Origin: Asterias rubens
Taxonomy: Eukaryota
Length of the DNA: 64,000 nt
Assembly: GCF_902459465.1 (NCBI RefSeq)
Contig: NC_047068.1
Span: forward strand, 14,756,001-14,820,000
Direction: 5' to 3'
This document shows, piece after piece, positions 24,901 to 46,222 of this stretch. Every line of letters starts with the position of its first letter. Position 1 is the first letter of the stretch. Made by a program: the position numbers and the translations under genes. The notes under the pieces were generated by a model. The model was not told where the DNA came from. It worked only from the letters and a program-made list of their open reading frames with translations, and searched no databases.

Positions 24901-27900
24901 TTGTGAGGGATAATTTTACCATTTGGGTTTGACAAGAACTATGGTTGTAGTGAAATGGAAACATTAGAAGAGAGACTTTCCACTTGCAGTGGAGCAAAAT
25001 AGGCTCGACATACATTCAGTTGAGGTTAATGCATTGAACAGAGCTAAAAACCCTACATAGTACCACAAAGAGCTTGATTGATTGTTATTCGGTTGTAGTT
25101 ATTTTTTAACTCCACCATGAATTCGACCGAATGCAGTATACAGGATACACTGAACATCACTGAAGAGGAAGTGTCTCAATGGCTTTATAGTTCTATGGAA
25201 ACAGCCATAATAACCGTTATTCTGCCAATTGATTTGGGTCTGTGTACACTCTTTAACTTAATCTTTCTCTTTGTAGTTTTCCGTGTTCCTGAGACGCGAT
25301 CAGACACGACTATATACTTGATACACGTGGCATGGGCTGACTTTTTATTCAACGTCAGTTCTGTGTGTTTCTACTTATCCACATTTATACAATCTCCTGT
25401 GAAAGGTGATCAATCAATCAGCCATCCAGTGCAGTGTTGGCTATTAGCTTTGTCTATATTGACTGGATATGTTACATCTATTGCATTGGTAACTATGATG
25501 TCATTTGAGAGATATCTCGCCCTCTGTCATCCTTTGAAACATCTTAAAATTCGTGGTCGTCGACGAACCCTGAAAATAGCTGGGTTCTGCTGGCTGACTG
25601 GGTTAGCCTGCGCCGTGTTGGAAATACCCGCAACTGCGGTTCGTCAAAGACGATGTGTACGTTGGCCCGATGAAGTTACCTACCAGATGCTACCATCATC
25701 TTTAAGTTATTGTTCACCTATAAGCCCACAGGTGTATCAATACACCCAACTCCTCATACTTCTTCCGTGGTTCCTATCAATGTTTAGCAGTGTTTACATG
25801 TACGCACGCATCATACAGGTACTCAGCAAACGCAGGGAATTCAATGGTAGACGGGAGACAGACAGGAAAGCCGTGCAAATCCGCAACCAGGTCGCCAAAA
25901 TGTTGATTGCCAACGGTGTGGTTTTCTTCATTTGTCACGCTCCGTACATTGTGTTGGTGTTCACGATCTGGTTCTGTCGTACGGCTCAAATTGACAATCC
26001 ATTAGAAGGTTTTGTACTCACTGGAGGCACTTGGTTCATGCTCCTGCCTCAGTATGTTAACACCATTGTCAATCCTGTGATCTACGGACTGACAAACAGG
26101 GAATACCGAACTGCCTTCTTTCAAGCCTTCCACCTTAAGAAAGCCTCTTGTACGATCAGTCCATGCCAGAAGTAATCCACCAACTGGTGCTATACAGCCA
26201 GATGGTCAGCAACAAGTCTTACCATCAGTCCATGCAGTGATTAATCCACCACCTACTGATGAGCCAAATGCTACAACTGAGGAAGGCGACAATGACAATG
26301 CACCCATGCAAGGAACCAGACTATGATTTGACAGTGAACCATAACGTTCCGAAACTGATTCATTGTAAACAGTAAACACCATCTTCAATGACTAAAGGAC
26401 ATATGAATGTTTATCACTTCATGGGATTTAGTTGTATTTGCAGTGCTTAAAAGTAAGGTATTTTGTTCTTATGCGTAAATCAGACTGGAACTCAATGTTA
26501 TCCGTAACATGTCCCAATGTACTGTTATTTTTAACACAAAAATTACACTTTTATCTTAATTTGACTGCCTGTACATTGTAGGTTGTTTTTGTGTATCTTA
26601 ACAAAAAATAGCTGTGTTAGCCTTATAGATAAAACAAAGAAGGAAATGGTAGCACTTAAAGACTCACTAGCTACATAAAAACTGCATTCATGAGCTTTTG
26701 CAGCAACTACATAATTATCTTTCCAAAGTATTTGTTGCCACGAAAGCATATGCAGATTTGATGTAATTAGTTAGGCTTTAAGTGCTACCACTACCTTCCA
26801 TGTAAGACAAACACATTTAAAATATTTTGCTTAAATAAATAAGCTGTTACTTATGCCCCTAAGGATGATTTGCATTACCTTGATAGCTTGTATCATGCGA
26901 GCTACTTCCACTTTAGTTCTCCCTTTAACTGATTTGCCGTTAACTCCAACTATCTCGTCCCCTGATGCCAAAGTACCATCCTTGGTGGCAGGCGTGTTAT
27001 CAAATACCTGAAGCAACCAAAACAAATAACAGTGCATTATTTTGTCTTTTAGAAGTACCTTCACTCTTAAAGGGTCTGTATACATTTGGTAATGACTCTA
27101 AAAATTGATGGCAATAAAAAACTACTTGAAAAAATCACAACATCTTTCGATAATTTAATGTATTTTGAGAAACTTTTCACTTCCATGTACTGCGGTGTAT
27201 TAATATGGAAAAAGATATCACGTTTGATCTAATAACAATATTGAGTCTGGTGCTCTTAACCACTTGACCAAGACACTTTGCTGCGTGTCGTGGCCGAGCC
27301 TTTGTCGAGCGATCCAAGTCACTGTCCAAATCCAAGCTGTGATGTTGTCAGCAGCAGAGTGCTGGTTCGAATCCTGATCTTGACTCTTGTGCCTTTGAGC
27401 AAGGCACTTAAAGGAACACGTTGCCTTGGATTGGACGAGGTGGTCTATAAAAAGTGTTTGTAACAGTTTGTTATAAAATGTATATGATTGGAAAGAGTTT
27501 TCAAAAGTAGAATACAATGATCCACACAAGTTTGCTTCGAAATTTCATGGTTTTCCTTTTACTGTGCAAACTGACACCATCGGCCATTTATGGGAGTCAA
27601 AAATTTGACTCCCATAAATGGCCGCCCGTGTTATACGACGAGGTAAAAGGAAAACCGTGCAATTTCGAGGCATGTTTGTGTGGGTCATTGTATTCTACTT
27701 TTACAACATCTGTCTAACCATATGCATTTTATAACAAACGGTTTCAAACGCTTTTTATAGACCAACTCATCCGATCCAAGGCAACATGTTCCTTTAACCA
27801 CAATTGTTAAATAAAGAGTTGGGAAGGTAGTGCATTTTGCTCTACCGGGCCATGCTACTTGATACCATTCATCCTAACTGACTGTGAAGGGGTAACCCCG

Positions 27901-30655
27901 TTTCAGACGTAGGAGTAGGTGACAACATGCCCCTGGTTAATGCCTGAAATAGGCTTGCCGTAAGCACAGAGTTCCCTGCTTCATTATGCACAGATTTTAC
28001 GCTTACAGTAAGCAGAGCCATGAAATTGGGCCCCGTACCCACCTGTACAATGTAGAGGCATGGACACAATGGCGCACCTCCTCCTATGCTGATGCCAATC
28101 AGGTTCTGCTTGTCCTTGATGAGGCTCACATTGCCTGGAATTGCATCCATACCCCTAAAGTAAAAAAAGATAAACAAAATCAGACTCTTAAAATATTCTG
28201 GAAGATACTTTGCAAAAGCGCACAGCTACAATCATGGCTTCATGGGTACACTTTTTGTTATAAAGACACCAAATAAGCAAAAGATAAACATGGACCTATT
28301 GCACATGATGTCATACTCGTATCAGTATGGCGCCTCCACCTGTAGGTAAACAACGGCCATTAATTGGCAAAACCTGAGCGCTGCACATACAAATCTGTGC
28401 ATTTTGATTGTTTCATCATCATTTTACCTCTAAGAAAGCAGCTGGATGACGTCAATGCATAAGGTTTAGTGGGCAACGGTTGTCCGACGAAACAGCTTGC
28501 CATTAGCAGGACTACAAGTATTACACTTGGAATGTTTCGTCGCAAGAAACAGTCACCTTGAATTGGTACACAATGTACATTACATGTACCTTGCTTGAGT
28601 AGCATCAGCAAAAGGATTGCGGATAGGGGTTGTAACTGTACATTTCAACCAGATGCTTCTTTACCGTACCAGAGGTAAATATTATGTAGGGCTAATGTTA
28701 CACACCTTTGTTATTTTTTTGTTATACTTGAGAAGCAATTTTGTTGCTGGTTTACCACGCAATTCATGGCTGACACTACAAAATGCAGAATTCAATATGC
28801 CTCAACAAAGACTAAGGTCATTAGGGTTGGTGGTGACAACTAAACAAACAATGCAGAATTGTTTACATTTTTTATGTATTTTGAAGCAGTAAGATTATTC
28901 TGTTAATAATAATATAATAATAATAATTCATTTCAATAATTCAATAGGCATAAAATCCTTAACAAAAACTATTAAGGTCATTAGGGTTGGTGTATTCAGA
29001 CAACTAATCGTACATTATGCAGAAAGTTACACACATTTTTCTACTTTGAAGCAGTAAGGTAAAATCTGTTGCTACTCTGCAATTCATCGCTCCACACCAC
29101 TCCGCACGCAGAATTCAGTACAGGCCCACAATCCTCCTGGCAAAGGTTGTCAGGCTCCTCCATTCTTCAAGTTCCCAGATCTCAACTCTCTTGGGGTGAC
29201 TGCAGTTTTGCTCATATTGGGCCTACTATCTGGAACAGTCTCCCACTTGCCATTCAACAAGCCCATCGGCAAGGTCTTCCAAATAAACTCAAAACCCATT
29301 CGTTCACACTCTATTTCAAATTGTATGCTTTGCACGTTTTTGTTGTGCACTATAAAAAAGCTCCACTATTTATTTATACAATAACAAAAGCTCCACTATT
29401 TTTGTATACAACATAGGACAAACCATGTAGCTACCAAACATACCTAAAAGTGTAGTGAATTGCTAGACTGAACTATACGCATGGATAGTTTCTGTAACTG
29501 TGTTCGGGTTTGGGTATGGTATATATGTACAGCAATTCCGTTAACCCTGATAAACTGACCTGCTTTCCCCTAAGTATTACATGACGATGGAGCTCAAAGG
29601 AACATTTTTCATAATGGCCTAACTGGGATATTTTGTACTTCTTTGGAATACAGCTTTATGATTTGACCGTGTGTATTTGGTTTGATGGTTTATTCAGGAT
29701 TGTACCAAAGCTAAACTCATAATGCTTTGCAACTGCATGGCTACTAATTAATTTAATAATATCTAGTTCTTTTTATAGTGCATTAATAAATACCTCGGAC
29801 AGTTTCGCTATTCCTATTGGTGGAGAACGCGTCACGTGGGTGTGTATAATCCTTTGTTTATGACCGGTAAGAAATGTTGAAACATGGGCGTGACACGCGA
29901 GCTTGCACTTGTGCTTATAAGACAGTTTCTTCATTCCTATTGGTTGAGAGTATCGGCTGAAACAGTTGTGCCACATCACAGGATACGCGCGACGCGCACA
30001 TCATTCCCTTATAAGGAGTTGTTTACCCGAGAGCGGCGGAGGGCCTTACCATTTCATAGCTGGAGGGGTGTTGTGTTAAAAGATATCATTGAACAATTAT
30101 AATTTTTGCATTTGTTTTACTTTTTGACAAAAACTGTTGATGTTTTTTGACCAAAAACCTATTTATGAATGGGAATCAAAGTGTGTTGAATCGGTTTTCA
30201 ACAAGTGGTTTAAACCCGCCGAGGCCTGGTTCTTGATAATTTACCTCGACTTCGTCTGGGTAAAATTATCAGGAACCAGGCCTCGTTGGGATTAAACCAC
30301 TAGTTGAAAACCTCTTCACCACACATTGATTCCCTTATTTTATAATAACGTGTGAATGTGCTTTATATTAGTGCCCTGGTCATTGGGCCAATAACAAACC
30401 TGTAATCTTTCTCAGCTCCCTTCGGAAGCATACCAAAACAGTCAAATGGTTGTGGCGTTGAGTTGCAGTGTCTTAACCATGCACTGATTTGCACTTTTGA
30501 GTGGAAGACCCTAATACTAGTAGTAAAGACACGTAGACGATTACACCATGGGGAAGAGGATATTGTACTTCATATTACTAAGCCATAATATCTACTCACA
30601 TGCGATCTTCCAACGCTGAAAAACCATCCCTATCACTAATCAAGTCCAGACTCAT
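18939..30655 (-). CDS. PICK1: Protein interacting with C kinase 1 (PDZ + BAR/arfaptin domain), 409 aa
   Basis: Coding exons 30655-30600, 28154-28043, 27007-26879, 23693-23537, 22783-22667, 22153-22020, 21530-21438, 20303-20203, 19887-19793, 19174-18939 (1230 nt, all phases fit). Motifs NLIGISIGGGAPLCPCLYIVQVFDNTPA, SLDIVLKKAKHRMVENMSSSTADALGLSRAILCN, KAIPDTRLTIKKY, FPIEVDL and an acidic tail. Confidence 0.97.
20366..20750. mobile_element. MITE family A copy in a PICK1 intron
   Basis: TTAA-AGGCAGTGGACACTATTGG ... ATTACCGATAGTGTACACTGTCT-TTAA; both TTAA intact. Confidence 0.93.
20971..21014. repeat. 13-bp tandem repeat GTCAGCATGACCA x3.4
   Basis: Read directly. Confidence 0.9.
21123..21264. 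mobile_element. Harbinger-type MITE (family H); related partial copies at ~16992-17110 and ~27955-28034
   Basis: GGGCTCAATTTAATGGCTCTGTTTAC ... GTAAGCAGAGCCATGAAATTGGACCC ends. Confidence 0.75.
23075..23500 (-). repeat. tRNA-promoter-bearing repeat (family C), about 1.4 units in a PICK1 intron
   Basis: Homologous to copies at 38885-39296, 41575-41780 and 45050-45280; degenerate B box on the minus strand. Confidence 0.75.
25117..26175 (+). CDS. Intronless rhodopsin-class (class A) GPCR, 352 aa as written; nested antisense in the PICK1 intron 23694-26878
   Basis: Seven hydrophobic segments; TM1 N, TM2 HVAWAD, TM3 MSFERYLALCHP, TM4 W, TM6 FFICHAPY, TM7 NPVIY, helix 8 REYRTAFFQAF; N-terminal sequons NST and NIT; Kozak-like CCACCATG. 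Confidence 0.95.
   Translation: MNSTECSIQDTLNITEEEVSQWLYSSMETAIITVILPIDLGLCTLFNLIFLFVVFRVPETRSDTTIYLIHVAWADFLFNVSSVCFYLSTFIQSPVKGDQSISHPVQCWLLALSILTGYVTSIALVTMMSFERYLALCHPLKHLKIRGRRRTLKIAGFCWLTGLACAVLEIPATAVRQRRCVRWPDEVTYQMLPSSLSYCSPISPQVYQYTQLLILLPWFLSMFSSVYMYARIIQVLSKRREFNGRRETDRKAVQIRNQVAKMLIANGVVFFICHAPYIVLVFTIWFCRTAQIDNPLEGFVLTGGTWFMLLPQYVNTIVNPVIYGLTNREYRTAFFQAFHLKKASCTISPCQK
27283..27935 (+). mobile_element. tRNA-derived SINE interrupted by a family B MITE
   Basis: A-box-like GTGGCCGAG and B box GGTTCGAATCC; CCTTTGAGCAAGGCAC[TTAA]CCACAATTG core split by the MITE; 3' part (GACTGTGAAGGGGTAACC...TAGGAGTAGG) matches the 37353 copy. Confidence 0.8.
27408..27797. mobile_element. MITE family B foldback copy, TTAA duplicated
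   Basis: TTAA-AGGAACACGTTGCCTTGGAT ... ATCCAAGGCAACATGTTCCT-TTAA. Confidence 0.93.
29070..29380 (+). mobile_element. 3' fragment of a non-LTR retrotransposon (L2/CR1-group ORF2 C-terminus)
   Basis: Translation LQVPRSQLSWGDCSFAHIGPTIWNSLPLAIQ...NKLKTHSF fits the post-RT L.VP...G.R.F...P..WN.LP...FK..LK motif; AT-rich tail follows. Confidence 0.75.
29773..30345. mobile_element. Non-autonomous element ending in a ~165-bp hairpin
   Basis: Arms ~30171-30244 and ~30258-30334 are reverse-complementary around TCGACTTCGTCTG; CpG-rich left part. Superfamily not assignable. Confidence 0.65.
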
Positions 30656-31914
30656 GCTTTTCTCCGATACACAATAATCACCTGCTCAAAACTAATCTCA
30701 TCTTGAGAAAAAAACTTTGACAAAATGAGTTTCGTCCTCCTCACAAACAACCAAGGCAGAAATCATCACATCGGCCATTGGGTCGTCCAGCATGCATTCA
30801 GCTCAAACTTGTTGCATCTCCATCATATGGGAAAGTCCAAAGTCGAAATGAAGTCTTCTGATTCTATAAAGTTATCTAGTGGGTAGCTTTACAAGACAAT
30901 AGCAATTTCATCATTACACTCTAAAAGTCCATGTTCTACATATGTAGCTGATCTTCCCCATCATGGGGACAAATGCACCGAAACACCCCACGGGTTTCCC
31001 CTGGTATTGGGTACCTTAGACCAGTAGACCAAACCTGATGCAGCTGCACAGTACACAGCTCTGATAACCTTCAGATACATGTAGCAACACCACTAAACAG
31101 CAAGCTTTAACAATAAAATGGCCAACAATGTAAAAAGTAGATTCACTATTGATCTGAAACTGGCCAGGCTGGACACAATCAATCCATGGCAGCCATGTGA
31201 ATTCCTGTGACTGGTATGTGGAGCTTTTGTCTGTATTGAGTTAATCTGCATTAGCTGCTGATGGATCAATGCTTTACTGAAGGTATCAGTCTCTACCGTG
31301 GACTATTGATTGATTCTTCTTTTTTTTGCACCTGCAAAACATGATAAAACCTACAAACTGTGCATGACAAAATGAATGTAGTTTACTGGTGAAAGTGGTG
31401 AAAGTAACACTGTACTGGTACTTACAAGTGTCAAGATACTTTGTTCAAAAGTAAATTTTAAAAAAAATCAAGAGTGTGGAACAATTATAAATCAAAGATT
31501 GAATGTTAGGAACTTTTGTACTCAATGTCAATAAAAGAAATGACATAGGCCTATATAAAAATGAACATAATCGGTATAAACATAAATTAGTTACAAATCA
31601 GAAATTCATTTCAAACGAATGCATTTCAAAAGACTTCATTTACATACAAAAACTACTTTTCCTTCAATAAAAATCATAAATTTATTAGTTAAATCACTTA
31701 GTTTAATTAATTAACTAACCAAATAAATTTATAATATAACATTAATTAGACATGACATTAGAAACTGTGCTCTTACCAAAAACATATGTTTTTCTTATTT
31801 ATTTATTTTCTTTTATATGGGGGGGGGGTGGTGGGTGACCAAGGTGAGGGTATTGTCAGCCATTTAAAACAACATTCTTGAATCTGAACATATACTCAAA
31901 TTTTTCATTTCATG

Positions 31915-32655
31915 TTAAAGGATTTGGGTACTTTTTGTGACACAAAACATAATGTCCACAAATTAACATTAAACTTACACCATTTGAAGATAATGATATT
32001 AGAAAGCTTGCCTCAAAATATTACTTGCTGAGGTGTTGTACAGTTTTTGAGAAATGAGTAAAACAATGTCATGAAAATACGTTTTTACATGCTAAAATAA
32101 TTTTCGTCTCATGATCACTGAGGCGAAAATTATTTTCATGACATTGTTTTGTATCTTCCAGTTTGCGCTACTCCACCAATCAGAAGCTCGAACTACTAGG
32201 GGGATAAAAACAAATAAATGCTACGACCTCTGTTTTATATCCTACTTCCTATGTTTTTATTACACAGTCCGTATTGTGAATTGTCATTTTGTCACGCTCC
32301 GAATACGGACAGTGCAGAAATAACGCTCTGAAATTACTAATTTTGCGCGTTGCAAGTGAGACTGGAAGATAAATTCGTGATCACACGCGCACTCATGAAT
32401 TACGAAAAAATATAGCTCGCTGCGTCCCATATCCAACTCAGCCTTCATCCTCGTTGGATATGGGACGCAGAAGCGCTATATTTTGTTGTATTCCACTCGC
32501 GCTTGTGTGATAACTTATAATACTCATTTCTTAAAAACTCAGCAAGTAATGTTTTCAAGGAAGCTTTCTTTTATTATTTTCAAACTGTTTTAAGTTTAAT
32601 GTAAATCTGTGGACATTTTTGTCCTACAAAAAGTACATAAATATAGACCCTTTAG
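31915..32655. mobile_element. MITE family D (TTAA-AGG) carrying a ~370-bp composite foldback insertion at 32151-32520
   Basis: Ends match the uninterrupted copy at 46223-46580; empty site GACATTGTTTTACTCATTTC is reconstructable. Confidence 0.85.
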
Positions 32656-34571
32656 GTGACGAGAGAAATTTGGGAGTCATACTTTGCAATTTCCAGCCAA
32701 TGTTTTAAATCAAGGCACTGGACACTATTGGTGATTACTCAAAATAATAGTAACTAGCGGGATGCGGCGCTTTGCGCGGCATCCCGCTAGATGAGGAGGA
32801 TTCTAGTATTACAAATGTTGTAAAAGGTAATGTGAGGTAAGGGAGGTGTTCTTACAGGTACTACTCATTTCGTAGGATTGGATTAGAAATTGTATTAGTA
32901 TGGAAATTGTCATAAATGTTGTATTTTGATAAATGTTGAGCATGCACAACACAGTGTGAAACGTCGCCTCCCCTCCTCACTTGCGTTCTCCAACTAAAGG
33001 AATTGGTGTTTGTTTCTGGAATTGAGCTTTAATATTGGGGAAGGGTTTACTTGGCAATGATCGTACTTGGCATGATATGTGGGGGTTTTCGTGAAATTTT
33101 AATGTGATCGAGCGGGCCAACGCATTTTTCGTATGAATGTGGATTCTTTTTCGCCTCTTTTACGCATATTTTAATTTAGTCGGCTTTTGTCATTGTATCA
33201 ATTTTATTCACTGCACTGAGTGTTTCCCAGCTAAGATGACTATAAGGGTAATAACGCGTTGTCGACTAAAAATATAGCACGTACACTGGTATAATGACTC
33301 ACTTATTTTATTGTGTTGAGCACATTGGGTTTAATTCAATTACCTTTGGCAACATGTACATCCCGAGTTCTGCCGAAACTGCTTTCATAGTTACGAACTG
33401 TGTGAAACATTTGCCTTGTTATTTTGAGGGTTTGTAATGTACGTCCAGTTAGACAAATTGTATAAAACGATGAATTTGGAATCAGCATTGGTATTTGGTT
33501 CCCTCCGCACAAATCCAAAGTCACCGACAGCCACTGATTTGAGTGGTCTAGGTCTGGTGTCCCCCCTCCCTAACAATAATCACCGCTGCTAATAGAAGAC
33601 AAGATACCCGACTAAAAAGGCTTATATGAAAGTGGTACCCTTCTTTAAAACAAACTCCTAATAGTTTATCTGACTGAAAATGAAGAAGTTCTGGTAAACA
33701 GCAGATAATCTTTGTTTTTTTAATTGAATTCCACAAGGATGCCACTGGACCTTCTAATTTCAATCCAAGATGGCGCGGTTTACGGCTTTAATAGTATAGA
33801 TTGGCATAAAAACTTAATAACGACCAATAAAGAGCTGTTGGTAGTTGGTACAGTTTTTTAGTATAATACGAAAGTAACACCCAAAGCACATTGCAGCAAT
33901 TGCCGTGGTGCCCTATGCTTTTGCTGGGGTGCCCTTTGCAAAGTTCCAACTTAAAAAAAGTAACATTTTCCCAAATGCTCCTAATGAATATTTAGAATTA
34001 CATTACTACAATGTAGCATGCCTCTTGAAGGGCAACTGCATGTTTCCTCTGGTAAAGGGCAAGTCTATGGGAAGTGAAACCAGTTGGCAAATAAAACCAC
34101 TGAGCCAACTTGTCCTCTTTTTGTGTCACTGACACAGAAAGAGCATCGGGTTGGCTCAGTGGCTTTTTTCTCTGCCTTCACTTCTGTGGACCCGGTTAAA
34201 ATTGTCCCTCAGACTTGTATGCTAATTGAGTTTTCAGTCCCTACCCAATTGTGTGTGTTTTTTTCCTTGGGGTTTTCCTCCCACCCACAGCTAAAACTGC
34301 TAAAAAGAATTAGAAAACTTAAAAAACAAACAAGTGGAAGTTATTAGTAAAAAATCTTCATTTGCTAGCTGGGGTGTGCCGACTATCATTTATTTAACAA
34401 AATATACCTAAATGTCAGACCTAGAATTTGATCTTTGAAAGGGTAAGATCATTTTATTTTGCAATGGGTACTTCCATTGAAAAATCTGAATTTTATTTTG
34501 AAACTTCTGAAAAGGCACCAAGGCAAAGACAAGGGCTTGCAACAGGGGCAGTTGACCCCATGTAATCCCAG

Positions 34572-34717
34572 GGGCCGATTTCACAAAGATCTAAGATTGA
34601 TCGTAACTGCAAATCAATCGTAGTTGCTTAGTAAAACGTGATGTCACAATACAAATCACTATGGTGAGACTGAAAATTTGTCTTGTGATGAATTTTATTG
34701 CTTTGTGAAATCGGCCC
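34572..34717. mobile_element. PIF/Harbinger-type MITE (family G) with CAG TSD
   Basis: CAG-GGGCCGATTTCACAAAG ... CTTTGTGAAATCGGCCC-CAG: perfect 17-bp TIR and 3-bp TSD. Confidence 0.9.
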
Positions 34718-36032
34718 CAGGCCTACATGTACATGAGCTAACTGTAAGTAATAGATACCTGAATAAAGGAATAAAGGATAAAAAAACTGAGACAAAATCA
34801 TAAAAATAAAAAGAAATACAATATTGGGCGCCTTTTTTTACAAGAATGGATAATAGTTGTTGAAGTCAATTATACTTTTTTAGGCCAGTAAAACAAAGAC
34901 CAGTAACACCATCCTTCAAGTGACACTCAAGTTTTATATCAACAACCATAACAGCAAGGCTCTGTCCTTACTCTTACCCAACTTGCTCTTACCTACTCTA
35001 TGAAACAGGGCATCGGGCGCATTATGTACCATTGAAATGAATTGGGTCAACTAACCGGTCGTACTAAACACCGTCACTTAATTAACTTATGACTTATGTT
35101 GGTTATTCTTTTAAAGTGCATTTAAAATTTGTCGTCAGGGGTTGTGAGTTGTTGGTATATAGTGCGTCCCCTATCTAACATGTCTAATGCTAATGCTAGT
35201 CAATAATCAGTGCTGGTTGTTCGGTCAGCAGACTCAGCGAACATGCTCAGTGACGTGTGTATCCTACACCGACGTGTAGGCGACCTTATCGAGTATCGTG
35301 ATTCCTGTCTGTCTGATTTTGCTAAATTGCAAAAGCAAAAGGTATCTTAACTAAAATTTAATAAAGGCTTCCTCCATAAGATTTATCGCGATTCAGAACC
35401 GCAATGCGTTGTGGGAAGGCATATGGTATGGGGCAGTTTGCTATGCCGTGCATGTTGTCATGCACGACTCACGCACGCATCGCCTACATCTTTATTTATG
35501 TGGGTTCAACAGCGCCCTCTCTTGATATTTTGCTATTCGCGATTAACCTTCAATGAACCAGAGGAAAACGATATGTAAATCATAAAACAAAATGCTATTT
35601 TTACCTTCACTTATTAGTCCTTTTTTTATGAGTATGACTTTTTTTTATGTTGTTGGAAAAAAAAAAATAGGTAAACACCGACCGAATTACAATTTTAATC
35701 ATTATTAAAAGGCCTAATTATAATACACCGATCATTGGTTTATCATGAAAAATTACTTACATCTTATCTTCTTCCATCTCGTAGTCCATTGTCAATGTGA
35801 ACAAATTTGTTTGGCTGTAAAACAAGATTATTCGCAACAATATGACACAGAAATTGTTCAGGACGAGACTTTAGGCTGCAGCCATATTTAATCTGAAAGG
35901 GCGCCCTCCTTTGACTGTATTAAAGAAGCTCGATCTCAATGCATGTTGTGTGATGATGATGGTTATGAAACGTGTAATTAATAACCAGTGTGTGGTAGAC
36001 GTAGCGATGATTATTATCATCATTATATAATT

Positions 36033-45503
<9,471 letters not shown>

Positions 45504-46222
45504 GTACTTCTTGGAATCATGTTGAGGTGATTATAAAAGAGGCTGATACAATAAATCTGGCATGCTACTTCTCAGCTAAATGCCTTGTTGAAAACTGAAC
45601 AAGAGTTAATACTATTTGTATCCACAATGTGGAGTTTCTGACAATAAATGGCAAAGAAATGGTTGAAGCCCTTTCCACATGGTATATGATTCTCTTAATT
45701 CTGTGGAATACATCCCTGGGGATGTTGCAGGAGTTTTTGGGGTTGTTTTGATGATCAATTGAGTCAAACATTTCTCAGGTTTGTTTTTGTATGCATATGG
45801 TTGGGATACACCAAGTGATATTAATGGTCTTTGACAATTACTGAAGGTGTCCAGTGCCGTTACACACTGATTAAAAAGAAGCAAAAAGGGCAACACAATT
45901 ATGTTGATTGGAGTTTGTAAATACAGATGTTTATTACTTTACTGCCTACATAAGAACAACAGTAAAGAAACTTTCTTGGGAAAATGGGTTTCCTTGTGTG
46001 TGCCTTATAATTAATTAGAAGGAATGACCATGGCAACTGGATCTCACTCCAGCCAATCAGGGCCCAGTTTCATAAAGCTTGTAAGTATAAAAACTTGCTA
46101 AGCACAGACAAGTACTGCTCAACAGAAACTGGATACCCAAGTTGCAACTGGGGCCCCAGTCTCTTTATGCTTAGCAAAGAAATTTGCCAAGCAGTCTTTT
46201 CAGCTATGTAGGCTGGAGTGCC

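Noticed and set aside
26150-26169. GT...AG micro-intron explaining the GPCR frameshift
   Set aside because: Only 20 nt, and removing it creates an immediate TAA.
33336-33524. ORF resembling a mitochondrial presequence exon of a separate gene
   Set aside because: Joining its donor to the candidate downstream acceptors (31334, 30870) hits stops within ~15 codons; more likely PICK1 5' leader or noise.
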